A DNA stretch of 64,000 nt from Lobosporangium transversale (GCF_002105155.1 NW_019029010.1:372001-436000), one strand, 5' to 3'. Numbered from the stretch's first letter, positions 1 to 13,515 are shown. Numbers and translations: made by a program. Notes: a model not told the origin generated them from the letters alone.

Positions 1-1530
1 AGACCTGACGAGGATCCAATCCTGGACAGGTCAAAAGAGTTGTGAGGGCCTGTAATGCCAGCATACAACTCTTTCGTGAATAGGAATCCATCTTACTCCC
101 ACTAATGAATGTTGTGCTGTCAACAGATCCACGTCTACCCGCAGCATTAATAGAACTCCTCCTCATGGCGATCTGGCCTAAATCACTGATAGACCCCACC
201 CTTTGCCGTGTTTGAAGTATTGAAAATCCAGGGCCAGTAGAGGATTGCGTAAGGCTCAAATGCACTCCATTCTCATTAATGGGCCCTCCTAGAGCCTGAC
301 CGAGAGATTTACGAAGCATGGTAGTTGGAGATTTCCCGTACGACTGAACTGGACTAACGTCTCCTCCTTGTAAACTCATCCCCATAGCTGAGCTGCTGGT
401 GGATCCTGGAACAGTCCGTGACGATGTGAAGGAATTTTGAAATGAGCTGTTCATTTGCGTCAATGGCGAAGTCAGATAGGGACCTGCTGCGCTAGGTCTT
501 CTAGAAGATGACATGCCCCAAAGAGAATGCTCTACAGGTGAAGGTGCTGGTGCCTCAGTTGAAAGTGGCATGATTAACATCTTGCTGTAACAAGTATCGA
601 GATGCTGTACAATAAGATTTAGGAGATCAGGTGCATGTGCTTTAAACTGTTCCCACAGGTACCGCCTCTGCTGTGAAAGGGTCGAATGATGCCGATGTGA
701 TTTACCCGACCCCAATGCAGGATATGTCCCAACAAACTCCTGGACTACAGCCTCTAACAATGTCCAGCCCAATAGTGAATGATTTTTGTTTTTACTTTGT
801 AATAATCTATGGATATGAGGAAAGAGACCCTGGAATCGATCAGGCCAGTCTAGTAATGCGATGTCCGTGATGAGCTGAACTACCTTATTGAGTACAAATG
901 GTGAAAAGCGTGGCGCACTGTTTATTGTTCCGGGGGCGGCCTCAGCACCGCCACCAGTCCCATCAGCTGATATGACATCTAGTCTCCATTCTGCTCCAAT
1001 CTCTGTTCCCAACGCTGATCCTGATCCTGATCCTGATCCTGGCCCTGTACCGGATCCAAAGTGTTGTTGCAGAAAGTCAAATAGGAACGACTGAATGACA
1101 CTTTTAAGCTCTTGGTCAAGTGAAGTCCATTCTTCTTGAATTCTTTTTTGATATTGTGAGGTGGCAAACCAAGCTAGATAATCGGATTGGGCGTTTGAAA
1201 GCATAAACTGACATTCGCCTAATGTCAACTGCCGCGCCTCCAATTGTGCCTCTATTTAGGCCGTGGATTAAACACGGCATGACCCAGACGAGCAACGCCA
1301 GGACAAAAACAATAATAAAAAGTGTCTCAATGGGTCAGTGCTTTTATTTGGCAGTTGCAAATAAATTTTTTTTACTTCCATCCAGGAACATGAATGTCAT
1401 TGCTGATCACGAAGAATGAAAGAGAAAAAAAAAAAAAAAAAAAAAAAAAAAAGGTACCAATAGTTCGCTTTCGCTCAGCAGAGGTGCCTGGGGCAAAGAA
1501 CTCGGTGAGCAAATGGTTAAGAGCGTCCAT
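1..1530 (-). CDS. XPO6: Exportin-6-like karyopherin (importin-beta family), 5' part; gene continues beyond the left edge
   Basis: Not in the ORF track. Manual splice of exon 1 (1530-1458, MDALNHLLTEFFAPGTSAERKRTI) through a GT..AG intron (1457-1252) into exon 2 gives EAQLEARQ..CQFMLSNAQSDYLAWFATSQYQKRIQEEW..FVLNKVVQLITDIALLDWPDRF..LGWTLLEAVVQEF. This parallels the animal XPO6 N-terminus as recalled (LESLMTEFF..TTNERKREIE..FIRNKLCKVIVDIGRQDWP). Confidence 0.75.
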
Positions 1531-2157
1531 GAGAGGTCCCTTTTGGATTTAATATTGTTTTAGTGCAAAGATCTTCCTTGGAGAAAGAGAATGAGGTGGA
1601 AAGGAATGAGAGAAATGGGTACACTGAGAAAGAGAGAAAGAGAGAAAGAAGAAAAGTTTGTCGCTCGAAATTGTGGAGACAACAATAGAAATAAAGGGTA
1701 GCAGTGGTAGTACGAAAGGAAAAAAAAAAAAGTGAGCAATTGTCGATGATCAAGTATGGTAAAAATAAGATAGAGGTGAAAGAGAGGACATCTCCTTGCT
1801 CATGAGGCATTGGGTGGAGTCAAGATTTTCTTTTTCCTTTTTTCTTTTATATTTTTACATTTCTAAAAGAGAGCAAAAAGAGATCAAAGAATCATCCATC
1901 ATCATACATCTGCTGGATAGTCAAGAATAAATGTAATAATCTCAAATGCAGGCGGGCAATCCTATATTTGTATTACAGCGCCATGTTCATGTTAAAAAAA
2001 ATTTTTTTTTTTATTAAACGATCCTATAATCTGAAATGTTTGGCATGTTTGAACAACATTCATGTATGCTGGAATGACCCGCTGGAACTTTTTTTTTTTT
2101 TTTTTTTTTTAATTCTTGTGCTATCGAGCTTACAAACAGAACTTAATCATCAACATC

Positions 2158-5100
2158 TCAAGCAAGATATCCTTTTGAAACCAACCATTGACGCACATCC
2201 TCCAAATCGCGTGCAACCCACTTGGCATTTGAGCGGATCACCTCTAAACTCTGTGCAATTGGACGAGAGATATCATCCACCTTCTTGCCCTCAAAAAATC
2301 CTTCACAATCCTTCGCCATTTCCTCGCTCGTGAATCGTCCTACACCACTCTTCACAATGTTACCAAGCAATGCCATTGAACCATCATAACGGGTGCTCAA
2401 CATCTCCCAGTTGATCTTGATATAATCCCATAATGCATGTCGTGATGTTGGATTGCGAGACAAACTATTACATAAGCATCGGTAATTAAAATAAATCAGA
2501 ATCAGTCAGTCCAATTAACCTAGGCAAGTACACTTTGTTGCCACTATTGCCATCCAAATATTAAAATAATAGAACAAAAAAAAACAGTCATTACCCTCCA
2601 AAGAAGTAACCGATGTCTTGAGCCTTCACCTCCTCAGAAACTGAAAGTTCAAGCAATTGTTGAATCAAGGTTGGATGACGGACCGCAGTCAGAGCGCCTA
2701 TGGCTGCCAACTTCTGGTCTGTGGCTGTTGCTTCGCGCCAGCACTTGAGAACTTTCTCAAAGTCACTTTCATCACCATGCTGCACTACAATCTCAAATGC
2801 TGCACTCTGAACATTCTGATTCAAGGCCTTGGTATCGCCTCCAACATAAACACCAAAACGCCTTCGAGCCTCCTCTACCACGGCTTCATCCCCAGCACAT
2901 CCTGCATTTGTCAGCAACAACTTGCGGAGCAGAGTGGATCGGTAGTCATCTGAAGCCTGAGTCTCCCAGCCAAGTTTCGCTGCTGCCTTGGAGAACAGCT
3001 TGCGCTGAAATTTCTCAAGCGCCTTTTGGAAGTCCTCAGGCTCCCTGTAGAACACAGATGACAGAACATTGACGCGTTCAGCGATCGCCACCCAGACTAC
3101 ATATTGATCCTCATCTTCAAATGACTCCAACAGTTCCAAGAGAGAGCTGGTCTTAACGTGGCCGCTTTTGCATAATGCGCCCAAATCTGCCAACAGACCA
3201 ACACGATCACCAGGAGTGAAGAGAGCGTCCTTAGATTTGATAGATTGACTAATGCGAGACAGAGCTGAGGCTGGGTAGGCAGTGCGGAAGAAACCGGTGT
3301 AATTAGAGTTGACCTTGTAATGACTACCTTTCTCAAGCTTGATGGTGGTCGAGTCACCTGATAAAAGCTGACTCTTGGCATCTACGGGAGCAGGCTCGAT
3401 TCCAAGGGGAATGGTCCAGCGGGCAGTGTCTTCTGCTGTGCTGAGGTCCCCAGAAGAAAGATAACGAGATTGTTTGAACGTCAGAGTACTGGCATCGGCA
3501 TCCTCCTCGACATCAACAACAGGGTACTAAAACGTTAAATGGAGCAATAAGAATAACAATAATAACAGATTGTATCAGCTATCGAAAGAATATAAAGAAG
3601 TTACTAAACCTCAATCCCCATAATAACATAAATAACATACACCAACTTGCTTGATCCAGACATTCATAAACTCGCCAACATTAACACCAGATGCCTCACT
3701 GAGGGCTGCCCACAAATCCTCAGTACTGGTGTTCCTGTAGGCATGCTTCTTGATATATATCCGGATACCCTTCAAAAAGACGTCCAGTCCTAGCCAAGAA
3801 CTCAACATGCGGATGCAAGAGGCACCCTTGTAATAACTGATGGCATCAAAAATCTGATGAATCTCATGAGGGTGTTTGCAAGGCACCTCAATAGGATGGC
3901 TACTTCGAAGCCCGTCAAGAGCAAGACCCATCTGGAAGCCATCTGCAATGAAGTAAGACCAGTTGTCCCATTCAGGGAAGAAGTGTGATACAGCCAAGTT
4001 ACCGACCCAGGTGGCAAATCCTTCATTCAGCCAAAGATAATCCCACCAGTCCATCGTGACAAGGTTGCCAAACCATTGGTGAGCAATCTCGTGGCAAATG
4101 GTGTACTAATAAAATATATACATTTATAATAAAAAGACGCATGTTAATGCGACTAAAAACCTCTTTGATATATTAGTAGCAATCCAATACCATCCGTGCA
4201 GAGTCAACCAATCAATGGTTCCAATTATTACAGCAATATGACGCTTGTAGCTGAGATCGCTTGTCTTTTCGTTGAATAACAGACGGATGGAGCGGTAAGT
4301 GACCAAGCCCCAATTTTCCATTGCACCAGACTCAAAGTCGGGGATTGTAATCAAGTCCATCTTGGGCAGAGGATAAGCAACGCCAAACAGCTCTGTAAAG
4401 TACTCCAAAGCAAGGGGGGTTACTGACAGTGCAAACTTGGCTTCTTCGGTCTTTCCTGGAAGGACATAGACGCGACAGGTAATGGGCGTTGGAAGGTTCT
4501 TTGTGACTGTCTCAATATATTCAAACTTCCCAACAATAAATGCGACAAGCTAATAAAAGAAAAAGAAAAAAGGCCCATGGTTACATCAGTTACATTGTTT
4601 GTATCGGAAAATTATTTTTTATCGATTTTAGTGCCATCGATTACTGTTTTTTGTTTGTTAGTATGCACAGGCAATCATTTTTTATTTTTTTTTTTCCTTC
4701 ATTGTACTTACGTATGTGCTCATGATTGGGGTGGTTGCAAACTTGACTTCCTTGAGAGGTAATCCACTGACAACATCACCCTTTTGAGTGGAAGGGACAT
4801 CGCCTTTCTGAGTTGAGGGAACATCCCCTTTCTGAGTTGAGGGGACATCACCTTTCTGAGTAGATGGAACATCGCCCTTTTGTGTTGAAGGTGTGACATC
4901 AGGACCTTTTGTGGAATCACCCTTCACTTTTCCAGTATGGCCAATTTCTTTTTCAGAGATCACATTCATATTGGACAATGCTACCAGATCGGATGGAACA
5001 CGCAATGTGATATCGAACGTAGCCTTAATAGCTGGCTATTAACAGTAGTAGCAGTAACACCATAGCAAAAAACGAACAAGAAAATAAAAAAAGAAAAAGA

Positions 5101-5848
5101 AGGCAAGTAAAATGAGCGCTAATACACCTTCCGATGCATGATAACACATCACGATTGAAGCGAACTTCCTCTTTGGCTAAGATTTTTTTTTTTTTTTTTT
5201 TTTATTTTTTTTACAAACAAAAAACATACCTCATCCCAGCATGGAAAAGCCTTGCGAGCATCTGTAGCCTCGAATTGAGTGGTTGCAATATAATGGGTCT
5301 TACCGTCATCGTCCTTGAAAGAGCTGCGGTAAAACCCATTCATGCTATCGTTGAGGATACCCTTGAATGTAACATGAAGAACAGCAGTGGATCCAGGTTG
5401 AAGTTCTTCTGCAAACGTGAACGTAGCAGTCTCGTTGGCCTTTTCAATCGTAATATCTGTAGCATCTTGACTAAATGAATATAAAAGAATAAAATAAAAT
5501 AAAATAAAATAAAAAAATAAAAAAAAAATAAAAAGTGGATCAGCAAAAAACCTAGTGACAATTGTGCGTGAACCATATCTCTTTAAAAGCATTACAATAA
5601 CAGACATTATATAATTCTCTTTACCTGGACTCAGTCTTGAGTGCCAAGTTGGTGAGTTTGGCTGAAGTGATGTCAAGTTGATTGCTATTGAGGGTGATGG
5701 CAGTTGTGGGTTGATTGACATCAAGGTTGATGAGAACATGGCCATGAAATGTGAAATTGACCAAGTCAGGAGTGAGTGTGAGGTCGTAGTGTGTTGGGCG
5801 GACGTTGGTAGGGAGAACAATGCGTCCCGTTCCTGCGTGTGGATCCAT
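2158..5848 (-). CDS. M1 family zinc aminopeptidase (puromycin-sensitive / Ape2-like), about 7 exons
   Basis: Contains [70 protein letters not shown] (HEXXH-18-E) and [10 protein letters not shown], followed by an ERAP1_C-type helical C-terminus. ORF fragments join through GT-AG introns. Confidence 0.95.
4773..4891 (-). repeat. Coding 24-bp tandem repeat (5 x PSTQKGDV) inside the aminopeptidase
   Basis: Directly visible in ORF 4682..5005; units differ mainly at synonymous third positions. Confidence 0.9.
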
Positions 5849-6369
5849 TTCTATCGTATCGTGAATTGTAGTTTAAACTTCTGGAAGTTTAACCGTGGGA
5901 TAAAATGAGGATGAAGCAAGAAAAAAAAAAAAAAAAAAAAGTAAAGAGCAAAAGAAGAATTCACACAAGAACTGTTGTCGTCCTTAAGTGTGTAGAGCCA
6001 AGAGGACGTGACTTGTCTAGACTAAGGATGCACACATCGTGGGAACTGAACACTCTGCCTACAATTGTGAATGTGGTCTATTGAATTGAGCGTGACCATT
6101 CATTTCCTTACAATTGATCTGCTTTTTATTCACACTGTGCTCTCTTTCAATCCTTCACCCTTCTTTACGATTCGTGGCTTTATGAATTGAGTTGGAAACA
6201 AAAAAAAAAAAAAAAAAAAAAAAAGATTAAAGAAAAAAGTATGAAAAAAGTCATTTACAGGAATATTTGCAATGTGGGATGTGGGATGTGGAATGATAAA
6301 ATATGCTATGGACAAGGGAAAAATGAAAAATGGGAAATGGGAAAATATCTGACGATGTGGGGTAAAAAT

Positions 6370-7908
6370 TTACACATAGAGCTCTGCTGTCCCTGTCACT
6401 GTCCGACCAAGGAGAAAGGCCGAGGCATGGACACGGAGAGGCGACTCGAGGATAAAAATTCGAAGCTCAACCTTAATAGGAGCCTTGACCAGGTCCACTT
6501 GGTCAATAGCGACATCAGGCATGGGAATCGTAACTTTGGCAATCTTCTGTACACCCTCCGATGTAATATATCGCGGGTCTCGACTCCGAGCCGTTGGTGG
6601 GAAAGATGCGGCTGTCTTCAAAGACGTTTCAGACGACGATGTCAAACGGAGGCCTCCTTTCAGTCTTGATGACAGCTGTTGATCTGACTCATTGCCCCCT
6701 TCGTGATGGTCCATGCGCTTTCGTTCGCGCTCATGTTCACGTCTCTGTTGTTCAATAGCATGGGCATTAGGATCTACGGCCAATGATGAGAACGCATTAA
6801 AAGCGCCTGTGGTACCATACAGGATTGTCTCGATGGGATAAGGCCAAGCTTCGCTCCAAAAGGTCTTTGTGACGACCTGGTCAGGACCAATCTGATCCCC
6901 AGGTCTGAAAAAGACTGCAAAACGATCTTGACATCGCCAAGAGCCATTAGAAGACGCAAATCGCTTCTGGATCGGATCAATGCCCTCTCGCCATCGCATA
7001 CTCGATTCTATACCATAATAACACGTCGCCACAAGGCCCACAGGCCTCGGTGGGAGGTCTTCTATGCTATGGTGATGGGTCGCTGTTGTGCTTGCCACCT
7101 TACGATCGTCCTCATTATCCGTTGCTTGCCTTGGTGTATTTATCTTTCCTTTGCTGCCTTGCTTTTCAGCCCTATTATCGACTAGATCTTCTCTATCTCT
7201 CTCTCTTCCTCTATCTAAGTAGGTTCCTACCGAGGAAACAGAGGATACAGATAAAAGTCGACCGCGATTACCTTCCTTCGGGACACGAATTGCGTGTCCA
7301 CTGGATGAGATCGGATTAGACATTTTACGGGGAGGAAGGGGCTTATTACTTTTGACCGTGCCTTGGACAGGCCCAACGCTAGATGAACGGATACTGTTGT
7401 TGTTGGACGGAAGTAAGGTTGGGGAGGAATTACCGTATCTATACTGTGAAAAGGAAGCGAAGTAAGGTGGAGTGGTTGGAGATATGGGGCTGGTGGGGGT
7501 ACTGGAAGTATGAAGGTTGTCATTAGAGTGGAGAAGAACTGGTACAGGAGGAAGGCTCTCTGAAGGTGGTTTGCTAAGCGCCAGATGAGATACAGAACGT
7601 GGTCTTGGTGGTGGTCGCAAAGAATTAGACATTACCGCGACAGAAGTCGTTGGTTTTTCAGAAGGAGGTGGAGGCAGAGGCACGGACTTTGGAGGTGGGG
7701 GTGGTGTGCGCGAAGGCATGTGCGCAAGAGGTGAATTTGGTATCTTTGGGATCGGCAGGGGTGTAGTCGGGGCAGGAAAGGCATCGAAGTCGATTGCGAT
7801 TGGCTGAGAGCGAATTAAAAGACTTTGGTTCCTGTAATCGGCTTTAGGGGATGGAGCCTTGATGTCCATCAGATTGCTAGAAGTATCGCCAGACGTTGCT
7901 GTCACCAT
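6370..7908 (-). CDS. Hypothetical protein: Pro/Ser-rich disordered N-half plus HSPA12-like C-terminal domain
   Basis: Single long ORF; first ATG at 7908 (MVTATSGD). The C-terminal part (VATCYYGIES..GIDP..RCQDRFAVFFRPGD..PRYITSEGVQKIAKVTIPMPD) resembles the C-terminus of atypical HSPA12-type Hsp70s. Confidence 0.75.
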   Translation of the reverse strand: MVTATSGDTSSNLMDIKAPSPKADYRNQSLLIRSQPIAIDFDAFPAPTTPLPIPKIPNSPLAHMPSRTPPPPPKSVPLPPPPSEKPTTSVAVMSNSLRPPPRPRSVSHLALSKPPSESLPPVPVLLHSNDNLHTSSTPTSPISPTTPPYFASFSQYRYGNSSPTLLPSNNNSIRSSSVGPVQGTVKSNKPLPPRKMSNPISSSGHAIRVPKEGNRGRLLSVSSVSSVGTYLDRGRERDREDLVDNRAEKQGSKGKINTPRQATDNEDDRKVASTTATHHHSIEDLPPRPVGLVATCYYGIESSMRWREGIDPIQKRFASSNGSWRCQDRFAVFFRPGDQIGPDQVVTKTFWSEAWPYPIETILYGTTGAFNAFSSLAVDPNAHAIEQQRREHERERKRMDHHEGGNESDQQLSSRLKGGLRLTSSSETSLKTAASFPPTARSRDPRYITSEGVQKIAKVTIPMPDVAIDQVDLVKAPIKVELRIFILESPLRVHASAFLLGRTVTGTAELYV

Positions 7909-7948
7909 GATAGACACAAAAATACAAAAAAGGAGGCTTTGAGGCGCC

Positions 7949-7981
<33 letters not shown>

Positions 7982-8153
7982 TGGAAAAGGGAGGTCAAAG
8001 TGAATGTAAAGAAGTAAAATAAAATTAAAAGATGCAATAAGATAGAGAAGATAGAGAAAGGTGGGGAGAAGAGGAGGGAAGAGAAAAATGAAAGAAGAGG
8101 GTGCAGATGAAGGAGAAAAAAAAGGATGGGGGACGGATTAGATGAAGGACAGA

Positions 8154-8196
<43 letters not shown>

Positions 8197-10999
8197 AAGA
8201 GGGTAACGTTACGAACAAACAAGGCTGACCAATGCTGTGTTTGTGTGGCGGTAGAGGACACACGATGGATCTCTGTCCCAATTGCTCTTTTTTACTTTTT
8301 CATATTCAAACTCTTTTTTCTTTTTACTTTTGCTTTTGATTGTCGGAAAGAGCATTTATCCACCCCTCCAATTGTCGATCATAGTTCTCAATTACCGCTG
8401 ACAAAAAATAAAAAAGAGAAAGAGAAAAGAATAGTAAACCAAATATCTGCATGGATGGACGATAAAATGTTTACGACACAACAACGGAAACAATAACAGC
8501 AATCATTACTATGCGATAACAATACCGTTTACTAAATATACAAATATTCTTAGTAAACCCAGATATTTTTTCATGGCGCGTCCATCCTTGTTTGTTCACT
8601 TGGACTAGGTTTTTTTTTCTTTTTTATCCATCCCAGACCCATCTTAGCTCGTTATTCAACAAGTAACGGTAAAATATTTGTTGTTGCCTATCAATTGGTC
8701 AATTATTCTCTATTTTGTTTCGTCGCCTTGTTGTATGGCCGTTAATATCTTTGATTTGTTTTTTTTTTTTTTTTTTAAGAATAATAAGAGAAGAAAGAAA
8801 GGAGAGATGGAAACGAGAGGTGTACAGGGGTCGAACCATCTGAAAAAAATAAACATGAAGAGGCAAAACTCGTTGGACAGAGGACAGAGGTTGGTTCGTG
8901 GTATGACAAACATCAACACAAAACAATAACAACAAAGAAATCAGGTACAAAACACAATGTCTCTCAATATTAATAACTCTGGGGAACTTTTTTTTTTTTT
9001 TTTTTTTTTTTGTTCGTACAAGCGCACAGCATCACCAAACTTGGAAATATTTCAAGAAGCCCTTACCAAGAGTCAGTGGACACAGGAAAAAAAAAAATAA
9101 AAATCACATTGATGAACTTGACAATAGATTAGAGAGGAAGAGGCAAAGCGCGTTTCTTACTTCTCTATTAAAGAATAAAATCCTCCTTACTCTTTCCCAA
9201 AGTTGATATGCATGCCTGCAAGCTCAAATAACTATGGATAAAATGGCGTTGCCAACAGGTCAATGGTCAGTATAGTCCATGTATACACTATGCATTGTAC
9301 TGCGTATAATGACAGCGGCGCGCCAACGATGCATACATCTTTGTGTGTGGTTAAAGAGCAAAGGATGTCGCCTTATTATTAGTTACTGCCTTTTTTTTTT
9401 TTTCTTTTCTAAACTGCTTCTTTGTTTGTTTACAAGAAAAAAAAAAAAAAAAAAGCCCTTGACAATGAAAGCGTGCATGCAAGTAGCCAATGTATCTTTG
9501 ACATATACACATATTCATATTGCAAGGCCTATGAGCTACCAACTAGTCTAGATGACCCTTGCTCATAATATTATAATAATATTATAAATACATAATACAA
9601 GGGTTTGGCTTATTACCACATGGGTTACTAAATGATATGCACACTTTATTACCAATACTATGAAAATCAATATTAGAGTCATTATCATGATCAGTGTTCT
9701 TCATATCGTATGACACGGATAAAGATGCATGGTATATACCTTTAAGCTTTTTTTATTTATTTATTTTTTTTGGGGAGGGAGAGAAGGGGGAAGGAATGAA
9801 GCGTGTCTTCAACATTAGCACATTAACACAATAACACAATAACAATAACATTATTAACATAATAAATCTTCGCTCAATACCATTTAGCCCAGGGACTCAG
9901 GATGAGGTTACTTAACGCCTTCTTTCATAATCAATCCATGCACCATTTATGTATAATTTACTATAGAAACTGTCAACGTATGTAGTTAAAAGAAAGAAGA
10001 AAAAGAAAAGCCTCATCCATTATTGGAAATTGCCATAGAGATGGCATATGTACGTAACGCGTATTTATAAGTTTATTTCTGGAATGTTGTCCGTGTTGCG
10101 CCTAAAAAAAAAAAAAAAAAAAAAAAAAAAACGCGTATTGCCACCGCCCCCTCTCTTTCATAAATTTCATTTTCATTCATTTGCACTGCGCATGAATACG
10201 GGTCCATTTCTATTCGTTCTCTTTATCTCTGGGGACCTGGATATTGCCGAGGAAAAAAAAAAAAAAAAAAAAAAGAGACAGAAAGAGAGAAATATGTGCA
10301 GCATGTGGGTACATTTTATTTCCTTCTTTGCCAATTGAACCAACATGATCATGTTGAAAGAAAAAGACAGAGAGGGCGAAAGTGCAAGAGAAGAGCCGAG
10401 ACCGAATTATGTTACTGTTGACAGAGTGCCTGGCAAAGGGAACTCCCACGCAATAATGGTAGGACAAGGGCGCACGGTAAACATGGACAGTATACATGAA
10501 ATATTTGTTCACACAATTTTTTCTTCTCAAGTGTAACAAATCCCAAACCTTCATTAAGCAAACGCTATCCTTTTTTTTTTTTTTTTTTTTTTTTTTCAAA
10601 TGCAATCTTTCCCGAGAAGAACAAGAAAGGTGTGTTTAGAGTGCTCTTAAAAAAAGTCGCCCTGAATTAAAAAGATGGAGATTATCAGCATTGATGGTTA
10701 CATGTGGATATCCATATCGTAGATTCATACATAGCCTATGCGTGCGAAGATTGTTATCGAAAATAATAACTCGGGATATTGAACATTGGGCATGGACCCA
10801 GCGTAAGATGTCCTGGAATCTGACATCAGCGTACAAATTTTTTAAGCCCACCGTTGAGGCCTGCAGCTTGATCATCATTGCACGTGGAGGCAGCAATGGA
10901 CATCAATAATGTTTTCAAATCCGATGATACCTCGACCGTAGCATGCCAAGAAGCTACGGCTATAATTGGACCGCATTTTTACCTATACAAGAAGCCATG

Positions 11000-11848
11000 T
11001 TGAGGATATTTTCTTAGAGTGACCAGTAGCACACTTGTGTAAGGTTACATACCTCTTTAAAATGCATTATTCTTGCTTAATAGCCTAGTTCACGTATTAA
11101 ATGGACCAAAACCCGATAGAGATCTAATGCCACCGTACTTCTTTGATTCACCTCTACTAGCCGTGCGTAATAAGGCCTTGATACCGATGCCAGCCACCAC
11201 CCGTTGTGCCCTACGAATATTCTAGGCCTTGCAGATAAAGCAAGGACTGTCGTAGAAGGTGTGAAATCAAGGCGTTGATCGACCTCCTCTAGATCCATAA
11301 GTAGAACTACTAGCTATCAACTTAGGCAACTTTCAAAGAGGTATCATATTGAAGAGGGATCCATACGAATGGGAAGCGTTTGCGGGATGGTTGGAACCAA
11401 GATATAGAAAAGAGTTTATCCTAGAGTAGAAGCTTACAGAGAACATAGCTAGAGTGCATTGCCATTTGTGAGTACTTTTATTGTCTTGATTCAAATAAGA
11501 TATCTGGAACAGCGCTTTCTCATTTGTTTGTATACTTCTTGCCAAGTGTCTGAATGCATTTTCATTTTGGTTAGAACAGAGAAATTCAGTCGTGTCCTCT
11601 AGGGTATGACATTGATACTCGTTTATTTATTTCCAACGTGGTCTGACTGGATCGCACGATGAACAGGGTCAAAATATTCACCAAGAAAAATTGCTAAATG
11701 TCGCCCAACAGCACAGGCCTTTGTAGGACTATAGTTCTCGACCAGCTGAGATAGGGTCCAAGGCCAAAAGTATTGAAAAAGCAAGTGTAGATAAATATTA
11801 TACAAAAGGTCGGTGGGATGTGATACGGATCCAACTAAAGGTTTTTTA

Positions 11849-11880
<32 letters not shown>

Positions 11881-11950
11881 CAATTACCTAACATTCCTCT
11901 GATGCAGCATATCTCGCATGCATTGAAGATTGTATGTAGCAATGGGTATT
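11000..11950 (+). pseudogene. Possible decayed spliced gene of unknown family
   Basis: One + frame reads protein-like (LVHVLNGPKPDRDLMPPYFFDSPLL..RDPYEWEAFAGWLEPRYRKEF) but has several in-frame stops. Intron-like segments are present, e.g. GT..poly-T..CTAAC..TGCAG at about 11841-11907. Confidence 0.3.
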
Positions 11951-12080
11951 AATTTGAAATACAGTAGTCTTCTTCCCTTACCTCCCAGTGCCCTGATACT
12001 TTCCGTAAGGCGATGCAATAGAACATCCTTCGCTTTTATGGTCAAATATGAGACCCATTCATCATACAAGCAGTTCCTCT

Positions 12081-12240
12081 TTATTTTCGGACACGTTTCC
12101 GCGCATTATATTCAGGAGATGCCGATCGCGACCTTGACTTAGATTGTGACCTTAACCTTGGCCTAATCCTTGACCTTGATCTTGACCTCGGCCTTAATGA
12201 GCTTGATCTTGACCTCGGCCTTAATGAGCTTAATCTTGAT

Positions 12241-12331
<91 letters not shown>

Positions 12332-12837
12332 ATGATCTTGATCTTGACCTTGGCCTTGACCTTGACCTTAACTTCGGTCGGGATCTAGGTCTTGTCAATG
12401 AATAAAGCTGTGGTCGTGATTTTTTACGTGACTCGATTCGTTGTCTTGTAGAGCCGACATTTCTATCATCAGTGCCACTATTACTGAAACTACTATCACG
12501 ACTACTACTACGACTATTGTTACTGCGACCGCCACTGCGACTACCTCTACGACTATGACTACGACTACGACTACGACTACGACCATGACTACGACTACGA
12601 CTATGATTAATGCGCTGCTTTAGGTCTAATCCAGGCTCAGCTCTATGTCGCGTCTCATCTGGCTGTTCTGCTGCTATCACTTCTTTCCTTTGTTTCTGTT
12701 TAAGTAACTCCTTGACTCGTTGCAAACGATCAAGTTTGCGTATCTCTGAAGATTTGAGCGCCTCTTCTGTAGCAATGGTTGCTACGTCTGATGCTATTAT
12801 TGGCTGATTCTCCTGGTCTTCTTTTTGGGATTGTATT

Positions 12838-12869
<32 letters not shown>

Positions 12870-13460
12870 ATATATTTTCTGGGTTTGGCGCCTTTTTTCA
12901 ACAAAATAATTGTGCCAAGGATGATGTTCTTGCATGAATTCAAATCTAAGATCTTGCAAAGACATAAGCTTCTGTTCAAACACAGCTGCATCGTCATGTA
13001 TGCTCAAAAACTCAGCCGTTTTTTCAATCAGTTTCTCAATATCAAAATGTAGCCGCCTAAAATAAAATAAAAATTAGTCATTGGTCCATTGATTGATTAA
13101 TAGATGTAATAACATTCAAAAAAAAAAAAAAAAAAAAAAACTGAATGTATTGCTTACGCTTCAAGCGCTTTGGCTTCCTCTGCAGTACGACGCTCCTTTT
13201 CTTCTTGTTCTGCCCTGGCTTCTTCTGCCTCTCTCTGACGAACATCTTCGGCAGTTTCGTATAATCCAGTCTGCATTAGCCATCGTACATGTTTATAAAA
13301 TTGATATAAGTGATGTCTGCGACTTAAGAATCCAAAATTAGGGTTGGTGGCCTGCTTTGCCTGTAAAATAATCTCCATAGTCGGTTCTGAACTATTATTG
13401 ACAAACTTTGCTGTCCTTTCTATTAAAGCCAATGTCTTTTCGTTATCAGGCTAGGGCGGG

Positions 13461-13515
<55 letters not shown>

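Noticed and set aside
8025..10605. Many short ORFs with poly-Lys or poly-Phe
   Set aside because: They arise from A/T homopolymers in non-coding DNA and show no protein-like composition.
12243..12330. Regular short repeat resembling a CRISPR or telomeric array
   Set aside because: No spacers; it is an in-frame hexamer encoding Arg-Ser.
12170..12623. + strand ORFs with (LT)n and poly-Thr
   Set aside because: Antisense shadows of the RS-domain microsatellites in the SWAP gene.
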